Shown here: positions 14,731-14,781 of the stretch, piece by piece
How positions within the stretch are numbered: position 1 is the first letter of the stretch
Layout: each line of letters opens with the position of its first letter
Virus record (IMG/VR): IMGVR_UViG_2778261390_000002
Coordinates: 1 to 14,781 of that record
Reading direction: 5' to 3' (one strand)
Source of the DNA: a virus
Taxonomy: Duplodnaviria; Heunggongvirae; Uroviricota; Caudoviricetes
Length of the DNA: 14,781 nt
Position numbers and translations under genes: made by a program
The notes under the pieces: generated by a model
Databases searched by the model: none
The model's input: only the letters and a program-made list of their open reading frames with translations
What the model was told of the DNA's origin: nothing

Positions 14731-14781
14731 TGCCCGCTTTATGTAGTGGTTTTCATGCACCTGCATGATCTACGCAAAAGC

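Noticed and set aside
1-14781. tRNA genes, integrase/attachment site, IS elements or CRISPR arrays
   Set aside because: I saw no cloverleaf-like structured GC-rich 75-90-nt segment, no repeat-spacer periodicity and no transposase-like ORF. The window appears to cover only the late region, the cos-proximal island and cos.

Overview
This window is the late (structural and lysis) region of a P2-like (Peduovirus-type) temperate phage or prophage, shown in inverted orientation relative to the standard P2 map. On the minus strand there is a tightly packed run with P2 gene order H (partial) - I - J - W - V - S - R - lysC/lysB - K - Y - X - L - M - N - O; on the plus strand are P (large terminase) and Q (portal), followed by a cos-like site at about 14711-14730. 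Calls rest on my own recognition of the translated proteins and on synteny; nothing was searched against a database. Two AT-rich accessory islands interrupt this GC-rich backbone and are the most interesting parts. The first (3642-4403, plus strand, between V and S) encodes a 253-aa protein with two predicted transmembrane segments and no motif I recognise; it is the best candidate here for an undescribed phage-carried function. The second (12836-14617, minus strand, between Q and cos) encodes a DUF262/DUF1524 GmrSD-family nuclease-like protein, a likely anti-phage defence gene. Other points of note are two TGT-N12-ACA late-activator boxes in identical register to the V and P start codons, a P1 Lyz-type SAR endolysin with a 2-TM holin, overlapped spanin genes, and a duplicated unit of about 222 nt inside the tail-fibre gene. 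Many ORFs in the supplied track are antisense shadows of these genes and were rejected. GC figures are by-eye estimates.
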